Source: Narcine bancroftii (taxonomy: Eukaryota). From it: a DNA stretch of 64,000 bases. The stretch covers positions 348,378,001-348,442,000 of the forward strand of contig NC_091471.1 of assembly GCF_036971445.1 (NCBI RefSeq), read 5' to 3'. Below, piece by piece: positions 36,401 to 47,318 of the stretch. Both the position numbers and the translations under genes were made by a program. Position 1 is the first letter of the stretch. Every line of letters begins with the position of its first letter. Below the pieces are notes generated by a model. It made no database searches. It was not told where the DNA came from and worked only from the letters and a program-made list of their open reading frames with translations.

Positions 36401-37732
36401 CCCTTTCTCCCCTCCCCTCCCTCCCCACTAACCTTCTGCCTTCCCCATCCCTGCCCCTCAGCACTCCCATCAACTATCCCCCTCCCTCCCCAATGCCAGC
36501 ATGCCTTCCCTCCCCAACTTTCCCCTTGTCCCTCCATTTCCCCTTTAATCCCCACCCTCTCCCCAACATCCCTCCTCATCCTCTCTATATCTCCTTCACT
36601 CTCTCCACACCCAACCCCTCCCATCTTGCCCTCATCCCCAATTTCCTCTCCCCTCCCTTTCACTATTTCCCCCTCCCTTCTCCTCTACCTCCTCATTCCC
36701 CCTCCTCCCTTCCCCTCTACCTACTCATTCCCCCTCCTCCCTTCCCCTCTACCTCCTCATTCCCCCTCCTCCCTTCCCCTCTACCTCCTCTCCCCCTCCC
36801 TTCCCCACTACTTCCGCATTCCCCACACTTTCCTCTCATTCCCCACTTCTCCCTTACACCAAACCCCCTCTGAATTCTCCCCATGTTCTCCAGCCTCTCT
36901 CCCCATTCACTCTCTCTCCCTCGGCCTCTCTTCCTCTTGCACCCCACTCCCGCACCCAGCTTTACCATTCTTGTCCAGCCTCACCCCTCACCCTTGCAAG
37001 GAAATGCATCCAATGCGTGTTGAGCCAGAATTCAGGGGCCAACTCCTCCCCCAACCCACCCCACGCCGCACTTTTACCTGTGAACCAACTGGATGTTCTC
37101 CTGTTTCAACTTGGCCTTCTCCTCTCCCTTCATGAGGCAGTCATTCTCCAACTCCGAAACCTTCCTCTCCAGGTAGCACACCTGCCAATGACACACCATC
37201 TTGTCAGCCAGATTTGGACAGAATGCAGCTCCCTCCACATTGTCCCATCACACGTTGCCTGGGTTAGACACAGAGTGGAACTCCCTCCACACAGTCCCAT
37301 CACAATCCCCTGGGGGTCAGACACAGAGTGAAGCTCCCTCTGCACCATCCTGTCACACACCCCCAAGGTCAGACAGAGTGAAGCTCCCTCCACACCGTCC
37401 TGTCACACACCCTTAGGGACAGACAGAGTGAAGCTCTCTCCACACCATCCCATCACACACTCCCAGGGTCAGACAATAAGTGAAGCTCCCTCCGCACTAT
37501 CCCGTCACACACACCCGGGGTCAGACACAGGGTGAAGTTCCCTCCACACTGTCCTGTCACATACTCCCGGGGTCAGACACAGAGTGAATGTCAACACATT
37601 CTCCATGGGTCTTCACCTTCTGAGCAATGTCATTGTCGCCGGAATCGACGCTGTCTCGGAACAGGTCCTCGATGCTGCTGTGGATGCTATGGAAAAGTTG
37701 TCTGGCAGAGAGATTCATGAGAGGTTACTGCA

Positions 37733-37809
<77 letters not shown>

Positions 37810-40800
37810 GTGTAGGTGTGCATGTGTGTAGATGTCTACCCCTCTGTCACCCCAGGACGAGGCTGAGACTTCACCAACCTGCCAAACGCCATGGACGACA
37901 GCTTCTGGTTCACACTGCCACAGGAGACAGGACAAAATAACTGGAAGGTCAGCAACCAATGTCCCACCCACACACCATTCCTCCCCTCTCCTTTCCGCAC
38001 CCCACCCTCTCCAATCCCCACACCCACCCTTCGCCTCCTCTCCCATCTCCACCTGCACACCCTTGGCAGCACCACTGCTCACCTCCCACGGCGCCCACCT
38101 CCTACCTGTTGGCCTTCATGCGGCGGAGCCGGGAGCTCAGCTCGTTGAGCAGGTCCACCCTGCGGCAGCACTGGGTACAGAACACGTCAGCCCCTCCTTG
38201 TCCAGTGTCCACCCACCTCTGCGGGGTCTGTCTGGCACTGGAGGAGATCAGTGGTCAGCTAGGAATCATATCCACTCTTCTCCCCCTCCCCTTCCATCTC
38301 CCCTCCAATTCCTCACCCCTCCCCTCACCCTCTTCTCCCCTCCCGTCTCCCTCACCCCTTCCCACTTCATCCCCTCCCGCCCTCATCCCCCTCCTGCCTC
38401 CCCATCACCTCCCCTCTCCTTTACCTACCACCTCCCTGGGAGACAGTACCCATGGGCCCTGCAGTGGCTGGCCACTGACCTGGAGGTGAGTGAGGAGCTG
38501 AGGTCTGAGCAGAAGTTGGGTCGGATCTCATCGCTGGGACAGGGGCTGGCAGGACAGAAGTCAGCCTGACCATAATCCTCAAACTGTTCCTCGTGGCTGT
38601 GCATAGAACCATGCCCTGGAGACATGGCTGCGGGCGCTGGTGCTTGACAGCTGCAAGTGTAACACAGGCCTGCAGTCAGACCAATCCCTCCACAATGGCA
38701 GGAAGGGTGCACACTCACATAGGGAGAGGCAATGGACAGCATTCCAGCTCCCCATCAACGTCTGAACATCTCCACTTACACACCGCAACACAGGGATCCA
38801 AAGGGTGATAAGTGTCAGGGAGCAGGTACCCTGGCTGATTCCCCCTTCTCTCTAACCCCAGGGTCACTGGGCAGTGACGGGGAGGAAACCTGGCTGATTC
38901 CCCCTTTCTCTAACTCTAGGGTCACTGGGCAGCAATGGGGAGCAGGTACCCTGGCTGATTCCCCCTTCTCTCTAATCCCAGGGTCACTGGGCAGCGATGG
39001 GGAGCAGGAAACCTGGATGATTCCCCCTCCTCTCTAACACCAGGGTCACTGGGCAATGATGGGGAGCAGGAAACCTAGCTGATTCCCCCTCTGTCTAACC
39101 CTGGGGTCACTGGGCAACAACAGGGAGCAGCAAATCTGGCTGATTCCCCCTCTCTCTAACCCTGGGGTCACTGGGCAACGACGGGGAGCAGCAAACCTGG
39201 CTGATTTCCACCCCCCTCCTCTCTCACTATCGCCAGGACCTGTGTGTTTTTGTGCACCTGGGGTTATCCCCGGTTTGTTCTCTGGTGGAGGGCTGTGTGC
39301 CACCAGCAGCAACTCACCGTGCAGAGCTTGACAGGAGGTGATCTACGACCAGCCCCTCCTCTTGCACCCTGTCCGGCTCCGAGGCCTCGGAGTTGTGGGT
39401 GCTCTCGATTGCACTGTCCATGTCTGACTCTGCGTGCTGGTCCTGAATGGCATGGGTCATGGTGACATCACTGTAGTAGAGGTGGCAGTCACTGAACCCA
39501 GATGGGCAATCCAGGAACCCAGTGACTGCAGTGACCTGTGGAGATGCTGGAGAGTTATACTGCAGTCCTGCTGGGTCTCAGACAGGAAGGTGGTCTCTGC
39601 TCGGCCCCCTTCTCCCACCCCCCCACAGCCTGCAGAAATTTGTGGATCCTTGCCGAGGTCTGGTTTGTTGAGCCTCCTGCCATCCGGAGACTCTTAGATT
39701 GGCACATGGATGCAAGAAAAATAGAGGGTTACGGTTGTGGCTAATAGTTTGTCACAATACTGTGGGCTGTAGTGTTCTATATTCTAACAATTTTCCTGCT
39801 TACCTCCTCGGCATTGAGGCATCGTTAGACCAAGTGTAGCTTCAAAGTGCCCGGGTAAATGGGAAACAGTGAAAATGGTGGAGCAGCAACAGTAGGAGTT
39901 TCTGGGAATTATTCAAAGGATGCAGGGTTGCTTCGGCCCAAAGGAAAGGAGCAAGAGGGTGAGACGACTGCGGCTGATGAGGTAAGTCAAACACAGCATC
40001 AAAGCAGAAACGGAGGGTGTACAGTCTGCAAAAATTAGAGGGAAACCTGAGGATTGGACACCCTTTAAAAACCAACAGAAGGCATTTTAAAAAGCAATAA
40101 GGGCAGGAAATATGAACATAAGCCAGCCAGTAAAATATATAAAGAGTAAGGAAGAAGTAAGAATGGACATGGGACAACTGGAGAAGTGGTGATGGTAGAT
40201 GAACTTAATGGATATGTACAAAATGCCAGCAACAGGCCAGAAATGTGAGAGATTGGGGAGCAGAAGTACATAGAGTTGTTATTACGGAGTCGGTACTGGG
40301 GAAGGTGAGAGGTTGTAGGTGGACCAGGTGGAACACACCCCAGGATTCTGAAAGAAGTGACTGTGGAGGCATGAGTGGTGCTGAGAAAGTAAAGAGTTTG
40401 CAGAGGGACCTCGACAAGTTGGAAGAATGGACAAAGAGGTGGCAGATGGAAGTGTATGGTCATGTACTACACGTAGGAGGAGCATTAGATGGCTCTGCAC
40501 TCACTGGAGTTTAGACGGAGGAGGAGGAGGAGAGAATTTCATTGAGACAATGCATGGCGCAGAGATGACAATGTTTCCATGGCCTGGCCTCTCTGTACCT
40601 GGTGGGAGTAGTCACCTTCATCATCTCCAATGTGTAGACAGCGGGTAGAGGCTTCCACACACAGGTCTTTGTCCAGGAGATCACCACAACCTGCACACAG
40701 ACACAGAATGAATACATCATGCCAACAGGTGTGGCACTGTCCCTCACTTGGGGATGGGTCCCACACACTGACCCTCACTGCGGGATGGGCCCCGCACACT

Positions 40801-42341
40801 GACCTTCACTGGGGGACGGGTCCCACACACTGACCCTCACTGGGGGATGGGCCCCACACACTGACCCTCATTGGGGGACAGGTCCCACACACTGACCCTC
40901 ACTGGGGGATCGGCCCCACACATAGACCTTCACTGGGAATGGGTCCCACACAATGACCCTCACTGGGGGATGGGTCCCACATACTGACCATCACTGGGGG
41001 ACAGGTCCCACACACTGACCCTCACTGGGGGATCGGCCCCACACATAGACCTTCACTGGGAATGGGTCCCACACAATGACCCTCACTGGGGGACAGGTCC
41101 CACACACTGACCCTCACTGGGGGACAGGTCCCACACACTGACCCTCACTGGGGGATGGGTCCCACACACTGACCCTCACTGGGGGATGGGTCCCACACGT
41201 TGACCATCACAGGGGGCAGGGTGAGTCCCACACACACAGGAGGGAGCATCACTCCATCACTGCTACCTTTAATGACGAAGATTCCTCGGCAGAATTCTAG
41301 GAAGTTGATGTGCCCCAGGTTCTGTGGATCCAACAGCCTGGCCACGCGATGTAACTGTAAAGGTCAGGGGTCTGTTAGCTGCGCCAGCAATCCATGCCTA
41401 GTCTCCCTGTGTCACCTCCATTCCGCCTGTCCTTGCTACTGCATAGGGGGGGGGGGGGTGGGGACCAGGGTGTGCGGCCATTCACCTCCTGCTTCTGTGC
41501 CATCCACTGCTGACACTACCACCATTAACCATCACAGGCCACCACCTCCAATGGGAAACAGAGGACCCAAACCGCCAAGTATTCTGCATGAGCAGACCCT
41601 TCCCATTGGTGGGAAGACCTGGTCTGTGATTCCCGTGCTCCCTTCACTCACCGGCCTGGGTATCTCGCGCTCTCTTTGATTCGGAGATCGGACACCGACG
41701 GCGAACACCAGGACCCCGGTGCAGTCCTTTACAGGTGCATTTGTCCCCGACCCCCTCCGAAGACCAGTTTCTAGCTGCTGCCAGGATCCGCTCCCTCCTG
41801 CTCTAGGGTCAGTAACTATATCAGGCTCAATGGATGGTTCTGTTAGCGGAGGGGGTGTCCCGGGACTTGTCCCGTTAGCGGAGAGGGAGGAGGGGTCCCG
41901 GGTTCGGTTCTGCTATTGGCGCGGTGGGGCGGGGCGTCCCGGTCCCGCTAGCGGAGTGGGGTGTTGGGGGGGGGGTCCCGGGACTGCTCCCGTTAGCGGA
42001 GAGGGGGGAGGGGTTCCGGGCCCGGTCCCGTTAGCAGAGTCGGGGAGGGGACCCGGTCCCGATCCCGTAGGCGGAGTCGGGGGGGGGGGGGGTGGGTCCC
42101 GGTGCCGTTAGCGGAGTCGGGGGGGGGGGGGGGACTCTCGGGACCGGTCCCGTTCGTGGAATATCTGGTGCGCGGCTCTCACCTCCTCTCCCTGCACGAA
42201 TCGCAGCCCCATCTGGATGAAGCGCTGCACCGGCAGGGAGCCGCCCGGGTCCTCGGCCACCGCATCAAACACGAGCCTCAGCCTCTGCACCAACTCGCCC
42301 AGAGACTCCTCGTCCCCCGCCGGCACTCCGGCTGCCTCCAT
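30308..42341 (-). CDS. RAB11FIP4: Rab11 family-interacting protein 4 (EF-hand, coiled-coil, C-terminal FIP-RBD), complete, 15 exons, about 621 aa
   Basis: All 15 exons found with GT-AG ends and consistent phases (1866 nt). The N-terminus (RLRLVFD...GLRFVQGEE, LDPQNLGHINFLEFCRGIF) and C-terminus (RLRQYMDKIILAILDHNPSILEIK) match FIP4 rather than FIP3. It neighbours UTP6 as in human. Confidence 0.95.
30780..31030. repeat. about 33-bp degenerate minisatellite, RAB11FIP4 intron 14
   Basis: GTGACCATGCCTGGGACACACCTGCTACACAGA units. Confidence 0.8.
31043..31186 (-). CDS. RAB11FIP4: RAB11FIP4 exon 14
   Basis: cag| ENVRLQEQNDELNSQILTLSLTEAK...EIDTASRDQ |gtgagt. Confidence 0.95.
31330..32340 (-). mobile_element. 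CR1 ORF1 remnant
   Basis: Same family as 55930-57140; remnants of the ORF1 N-terminal and esterase-like regions. Confidence 0.65.
32751..32909 (-). CDS. RAB11FIP4: RAB11FIP4 exon 13
   Basis: cag| LIDDLHRELDHL...RELELQHEVKRLRQ |gtgggt. Confidence 0.94.
33290..33931 (+). mobile_element. solo-LTR-like insertion
   Basis: AT-richer block starting TGTTG, interrupting a C-rich tract; ATTAAA near the end; right end degraded. Confidence 0.45.
34115..34252 (-). CDS. RAB11FIP4: RAB11FIP4 exon 12
   Basis: cag| ERLCICSQL...DRMRQSRQEFLMEHEATRE |gtaggg. Confidence 0.92.
35030..35340 (+). mobile_element. Rex1/Babar-type LINE fragment
   Basis: KKARQQLYL..., FYRCTVESILAGCITVW, KKAASVLKDPHHPG. Confidence 0.75.
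35574..35655 (-). CDS. RAB11FIP4: RAB11FIP4 exon 11
   Basis: cag| AQHLEEESQELQLMVMRLKNQSQRLDQ |gtgagg. Confidence 0.92.
36143..36283 (-). CDS. RAB11FIP4: RAB11FIP4 exon 10
   Basis: cag| VHAMEEQLREQESRAEETL...QIEALNS |gtagag. Confidence 0.93.
37078..37181 (-). CDS. RAB11FIP4: RAB11FIP4 exon 9
   Basis: cag| VCYLERKVSELENDCLMKGEEKAKLKQENIQLVH |gtaaaa. Confidence 0.94.
37215..37590. repeat. about 50-bp minisatellite, RAB11FIP4 intron 8
   Basis: GTCAGACACAGAGTGAAGCTCCCTCCACACCGTCCTGTCACACACCCCAGG, about 7 copies. Confidence 0.85.
37617..37701 (-). CDS. RAB11FIP4: RAB11FIP4 exon 8
   Basis: cag| QLFHSIHSSIEDLFRDSVDSGDNDIAQK |gtgaag. Confidence 0.9.
37734..37806. repeat. (TG)n microsatellite
   Basis: About 36 perfect dinucleotides. 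Confidence 0.97.
37879..37914 (-). CDS. RAB11FIP4: RAB11FIP4 exon 7 (36 nt)
   Basis: cag| VNQKLSSMAFG |gttggt. Confidence 0.85.
38106..38237 (-). CDS. RAB11FIP4: RAB11FIP4 exon 6
   Basis: cag| ARQTP...DVFCTQCCRRVDLLNELSSRLRRMKAN |gtagga. Confidence 0.92.
38480..38650 (-). CDS. RAB11FIP4: RAB11FIP4 exon 5
   Basis: cag| ...EEQFEDYGQADFCPASPCPSDEIRPNFCSDLSSSLTS |gtcagt. Confidence 0.9.
38810..39210. repeat. about 60-bp minisatellite, RAB11FIP4 intron 4
   Basis: GGGAGCAGGAAACCTGGCTGATTCCCCC...GGGTCACTGGGCA, about 6.5 copies. Confidence 0.9.
39318..39535 (-). CDS. RAB11FIP4: RAB11FIP4 exon 4
   Basis: cag| VTAVTG...ESDMDSAIESTHNSEASEPDRVQEEGL... |gtgagt. Phase fits; acceptor position less certain. 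Confidence 0.75.
40599..40690 (-). CDS. RAB11FIP4: RAB11FIP4 exon 3
   Basis: cag| GCGDLLDKDLCVEASTRCLHIGDDEGDYSHQ |gtacag. Confidence 0.8.
40735..41235. repeat. about 31-bp minisatellite filling RAB11FIP4 intron 2
   Basis: CACACACTGACCCTCACTGGGGGATGGGTCC, about 16 copies with a higher-order duplication. Confidence 0.93.
41267..41354 (-). CDS. RAB11FIP4: RAB11FIP4 exon 2 (EF-hand-like)
   Basis: cag| LHRVARLLDPQNLGHINFLEFCRGIFVIK |gtagca. Confidence 0.92.
41840..42155. repeat. G-rich degenerate tandem repeat, RAB11FIP4 intron 1
   Basis: Recurrent GGTCCCGTTAGCGGAG + G-runs. Confidence 0.75.
42183..42341 (-). CDS. RAB11FIP4: RAB11FIP4 exon 1
   Basis: MEAAGVPAGDEESLGELVQRLRLVFDAVAEDPGGSLPVQRFIQMGLRFVQGEE |gtgaga. 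Confidence 0.9.
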
Positions 42342-43289
42342 GCCTTGGCGCCGGTTGCTGCAGAAGCTTGGCGGTCTGCAGACAGAGGAAACCGGCCGCC
42401 ATCAGCACCGAGCCCGGGGCAACGGCATCACACCCCGGCAAACGACTCGCGCCAATGCAGCGCTCGCGGGACCGCACCCAATGCAGTTCTGGGGAGCAGG
42501 GATCGCACCAAACGCAGCCCCGGCAACAGGACAGCGCCAAATGCAACACGCCATCAATGAGGGACCGCACCAATTCAGTGCCTGGGTAGCCGGGACAATA
42601 CCAAATGCAGCTCAGGATAGCAGAGACCGCAACAATGCAGCGCCCTGGGAAGCTGTGACAGCACCCTTGCTGCATCAGCTGGCTCGTGTTCCATGCAGAG
42701 CAATAAAATCAATGCAGCACATGGGCCAAAAATAATACTTCTCAAAGGCGGACCAGTGGCATCAAACAGCACTGGTCACCGCATGGACGAGCCAATGGCA
42801 TCAAACACAGTTCCAATAAAGGATTCAGCTATTTCAACATTCCATGCAGAACAAAAACATTAATGCAGTTGAAGGGCAGAGTGCAGCACGAAGAGTTCCG
42901 CCAAATCAAACACTGCGCCAATGTAGCACTCAGTGGGCTGGGATCAAATTCACCACTGTTGCAGCACACATCAGCCCAGCATCATCTGTAGCACCAATGC
43001 AACTCATCCACCCCCCACCCCACCAAATAAACTTTATTCACAATATAAAGACTAAACGCTGTTCCAGACCTGACATTAGTGATTCCCAAAGTTAGGGAGG
43101 AAATTGCTGGAGCCTTGGCTGAGATATTTTCATTGTTGTTAGTAATGGCCGAGCTACCAAACGACTGGAGGGTGGATAACGCCGTGCCTTTGTTTCAAAA
43201 CTGCAATTCAGGGAACTACTGGTGAGCCTGACATCAGACATCAGTGGTGGGAATTTTACTGGAAGGAATCATGAAGTCAGATCCATAGC

Positions 43290-44100
43290 AGAATGTCGAG
43301 CACCAAGTGCACTTTAGGGCTGTGTGCTCAGCCCACTCCTGTTCATGCTACTGAACCATGACTGCATCGCAAGGTCCAACTCCGACAGTGTCAAGTTTGC
43401 AGATGACACAACAGTAGTTGGCCTCAACAGCAACAATGATGAGCTGCACTACAGAGAAGAGGTGGAAAAGCTTGTGAAATGGTGCGAGTAACAACCTGAG
43501 TCTCAACATGGACAAGATGAAGGAGGTGATCGTGGATTTCAGGAGGATCAAGAACAACCACCCTCCATTACACATCAACAACTCAGTAGTAGAGTGTGGA
43601 GAGCACCAAGTACCTTGGAGTTCACATAACTAGTGACCTATTGTGGACACTCAACATCTCCTCACATCTCAGGAAGGTGCAACAGTGACTGGACTTGCTG
43701 AGAAGACTGAAGCAGGCAAGGCTACCGACTACCATTATGTCAACTTTCTCTTGGAACTCCAGTGAGAGCATCCTGGCTGGCTGCATCACAGTGTGGAATG
43801 GTTGCTGCAGAGAAATGGATCGGAAGTTAATCCACAGGACCATAAGAGTGGTCACTGGAGTCTCCCTCCCTGTCTCTCCCACCACCATCGACATGATCTA
43901 CCAGGATTGTTGTCTGAAGAGGGTGTGCAAAATCATTGAGGACCCCTTCCACCCTTCACACAGCACCTTTTAGCTGCTCCTGTCGGGGAAGAGATACGAG
44001 TATCAGAGCCAGCGCCACCAGGCTGAGGAACAGCTTCTTCCCACGGGCAGTGAGAATATTGAACGACCAAAAGAACAGGTCACACTAACCGTCTGAGACT
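43290..44100 (+). mobile_element. Rex1/Babar-type LINE 3' half
   Basis: GCVLSPLLF, KFADDTTVVGL, ESILAGCITVW, LLLSGKRY, RLRNSFFP. Confidence 0.85.
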
Positions 44101-44950
44101 CTACTATTTATTTAACAATATACACACATGCACATACATTATACGTACACCCAACACACACACACATATAAATACAGGCATACCCTGTGAAGCACCATTA
44201 ATACGCCCCAAGCAACTTCAATGTTATGGAAAACTGCATTGTTCAATGCATTATTACAATGCACTTTAATGTAATACATTCCAAACTGATTATTATTAAT
44301 TATTTTACCTAGAACTCTTATGCAAAAATATGCATAAAATATTTAAAAGGGATACATAAAACTGAAAAATGACAAATATCTTTATTGGTAATAAGTGAAC
44401 ATCATTTATTTAAGAAAATATGTCTAATGTAGTTTGGATTTGTTTAGTTTTTTTTGCTGAACTCTAATGCTTCTCTCGATGTTTGGTTCAACATCCTTAA
44501 GGTAATCACAAGCATCATTGATTTTTCCAATAAACACTGATAATTCCTCTAAGGCGAATTATTTTGTTGGCCCTTCGTTAACATCTTCATTTTGCAGCTC
44601 AACTTCAGATAAACATTGTTTATCCATTTCAATGAGAGTTTCATTATCAAGTTTACTTGAATGTGAATTAATGCTACATATTGTCACAGTCCAAAGTTTC
44701 AAATCCCAGATCAGTGAGCTTTGTTAAATTATTGCGCCACTGTTAGTAACGCACTATTAATAAAATGTAACAATTTTTGGTTATTACTATATTAAAATTA
44801 TAAACCATGTTATTTCAAAACCCATGCTATACAAAACTGTGTTATACAGGATATGCCCGCACACATATATAGATGCTCCTCTACTTTTGATGGGGTTATG
44901 CTCTGATAAATCCATCGTAAGTTGAATTATTGTAAGTAGAGAACCCTCTG

Positions 44951-44958
44951 TATATACA

Positions 44959-45012
<54 letters not shown>

Positions 45013-45085
45013 TATATATATACTCAAAATATATACACACACAGAATATACACACATATATGTAAAAAAAACATACACACATACT
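44951..45085. repeat. mixed (TG)/(TA)/(CA) microsatellite
   Basis: Read directly from the sequence. Confidence 0.9.
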
Positions 45086-45524
45086 GTATATGTATTACAT
45101 CTGGTTGCGTGTCTTGCAACGAGGACTGGAGAACATTGTTTTGCCGGGTTTTACTTGTAAAAACAGATGATAAAGATACTAATCAACTTAAATTTGAATA
45201 GTCATCATCTTTTCCCAAGGGTAGGGATGTTTAAAACTGGAGGGCTCAGATTCAAGGGGGAAAGATTTAACGCAGTGGTTCTCAACCTTTTTCTTTCCAC
45301 TCACATGCCACTTTAAGTATTCCCTATGCCATAGGGGCTCTGTGATTAGTAAGGGATTGCTTAAGGAGGTATGTGGGTGGAAAGAAAAAGTACAGTTTTA
45401 ATCGTACCTAATTGACTTGTAATGTGCACGGTTTCATAACTCCAAAGGAAATGGGCCAACTGTGGCGGCCCGCCACCATGGAGATTGAGCCAGCACATCG
45501 TGCGGCACACTGAGACCTGGACGG

Positions 45525-45760
45525 AACCTTTGTCTAATTAGACGATATCCTCGTGCCAAGCAGAACCCAGCAGGAACACCTCCGAAGCCTCTACAGTCAC
45601 CTACGTGAGTTCGGCCTTACTATCAACCTGGCTAAATGCAGTTCGGGCTGAGCACGATTGACTTCCTGGGCCACAGGATTATCAAATGCGGGGCCACGCC
45701 ACTACCCAGCAAGGTGGAGTCTATCCGCAACTTCCCAAGGTCCAGGACGACCAAAGACTG
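45525..45760 (+). mobile_element. Gypsy LTR retrotransposon RT fragment
   Basis: Decayed FV*LDDILV...EHL...GLTINLAKC...IDFLGH. Confidence 0.7.
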
Positions 45761-46294
45761 CTTGATTATTTCCTTTTTTTGTTTGTTATGATAGCTAGTT
45801 TATATGTAAAAGGTTTTCTTATAAAACTTTTTTGTATATTTCCTTTTCCATTATTACCTCTGTATATTTAGATAAATGTGGCTTCTACTTTTTGTATTAA
45901 TATTGTAAAATTTAATAAAATTATTGAAACGTCCCCTCAGTCTCTGGCGCTCCAGAGAAAAGAATGGTTTGTCCGACCTCTTCCCATAACTCATACCTTT
46001 TAATCCAGACAATGACCTGGTAAATCTCTTCTGCACCCTTTCCAAACACCCACAATGGGGTGACCAGGTAGTGAAGACAGTTGTAAAGAATTAAGAGAGT
46101 TGCCAAAGACTCTAGCAAGAATTGGATCTGCTGGGAAGGTGGGGCATGGAATGGTTGTTGGAATTTAATACAAAGAAATGCGAGGTGTGGCATATTGGCC
46201 CATTTCCTTTAGAGTTATGAAACCGTGCACATTACAAGTCAATTAGATATGATTAAAACTGTAGTTTCCAAACTTTTTCTTTCCACCCACATAC

Positions 46295-46930
46295 ACAGTG
46301 AATGGTAGGGATCTGGGCAATGCTGTAGAACAGAGACCTAGGGGTACAGGCACATAGTATCTTGAAAGTGGTGTCACAGGTAGACAGGATAGTCAAAAAG
46401 GCTTCTAGTACATTGGCCTCATCAGTCAGAGTATTGAGGGTAGAAGTTGCAGTTGTAGATGTTGGCGAGGCCTCATTTGGAGTATTTTGTTCCGTTTTGA
46501 TCACAGCACTGCAGGAAAGATGTCAAGCTGGAGAGAGTGAAAAGAGAATTTACAAGGATGTTGCCTGTACTCAGGGTCCTGAGCTTTAGGGAGAGGTTGA
46601 CCAGGCTTGGGTTTTATTTGAAGCTCAGCAGGATGTGAGTGGTCTCGTATACATTCTGATGAGAGAAATAGATAAGGTGAATGCAGAGCCTTTTCCCCAT
46701 AGTTGGGGAATCAGTAACCAGAGGACACAGGTTTAAGGTGAGGGGAGAGAGATTTACAGGAATTTGAGGGCTAACGTTTCTACACAGAGGGAAGTGGGTG
46801 TGTGGAACAGGCTGCCAGAGGTTGAGGCAGGGAAATGAAGAGGATGTATTTAGAGGGGTATGGGCCAAACACAGGCAGGTGGGATGTGCAGGAATTTTGG
46901 TCAGTGTGGCAAAATTGGGTTGAAAGCCCT
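46295..46930 (+). mobile_element. CR1 3' fragment
   Basis: EQRDLGVQ...QVDRIVKKA..., CR1 3' UTR. Confidence 0.7.
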
Positions 46931-47114
46931 GGATTGTCCCAGCCAGCAGAGACCTAGCCCTCAGTAACCTTCATCGCTCCCACCCCAGCATGCATGTACT
47001 CCAGGGGAAGGGGTCCACACCAGCTCCCACAGCAGGCCACTCAACCCCGTTTTTCCTTCACTTAGCAGAACTGCAGAAAAGTACAAAAGTACAAAGAGGA
47101 ATTAAAAAATAACA

Positions 47115-47120
47115 TTTATT
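47115..47120 (-). terminator. candidate COIL polyadenylation signal
   Basis: AATAAA on the minus strand about 125 nt after the stop, followed by a U-rich tract. Confidence 0.65.
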
Positions 47121-47243
47121 TAACAGTGAAGGAACTGTGAGAGAAGACACAGAGTTGGTCCAGCCCTGGGCCTGGGGCCAGTGTGGTGGTCAGCAGCAGG
47201 TGGGCTGGAGGGGATTTATCAGCAGGGGGTGGGCTGAAGGGGG

Positions 47244-47318
47244 TTAACAGGCCAGCTCCAAGTCAGCAGGGTTCACAATCAGTCGAGGCTCCACCAGAGA
47301 GCTCCAGGGTTGTGTCAA
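47244..47318 (-). CDS. COIL: COIL exon 7 (stop)
   Basis: cag| [27 protein letters not shown]. Confidence 0.9.
   Translation of the reverse strand: MTQPWSSLVEPRLIVNPADLELAC

Noticed and set aside
36139-37135. Long Pro/Ser-rich ORFs (328 aa, 222 aa) and similar ORFs at 29490, 32691, 34010 and 21349
   Set aside because: These arise from stop-poor low-complexity C/T or G/A tracts. Only the embedded exon parts are real.
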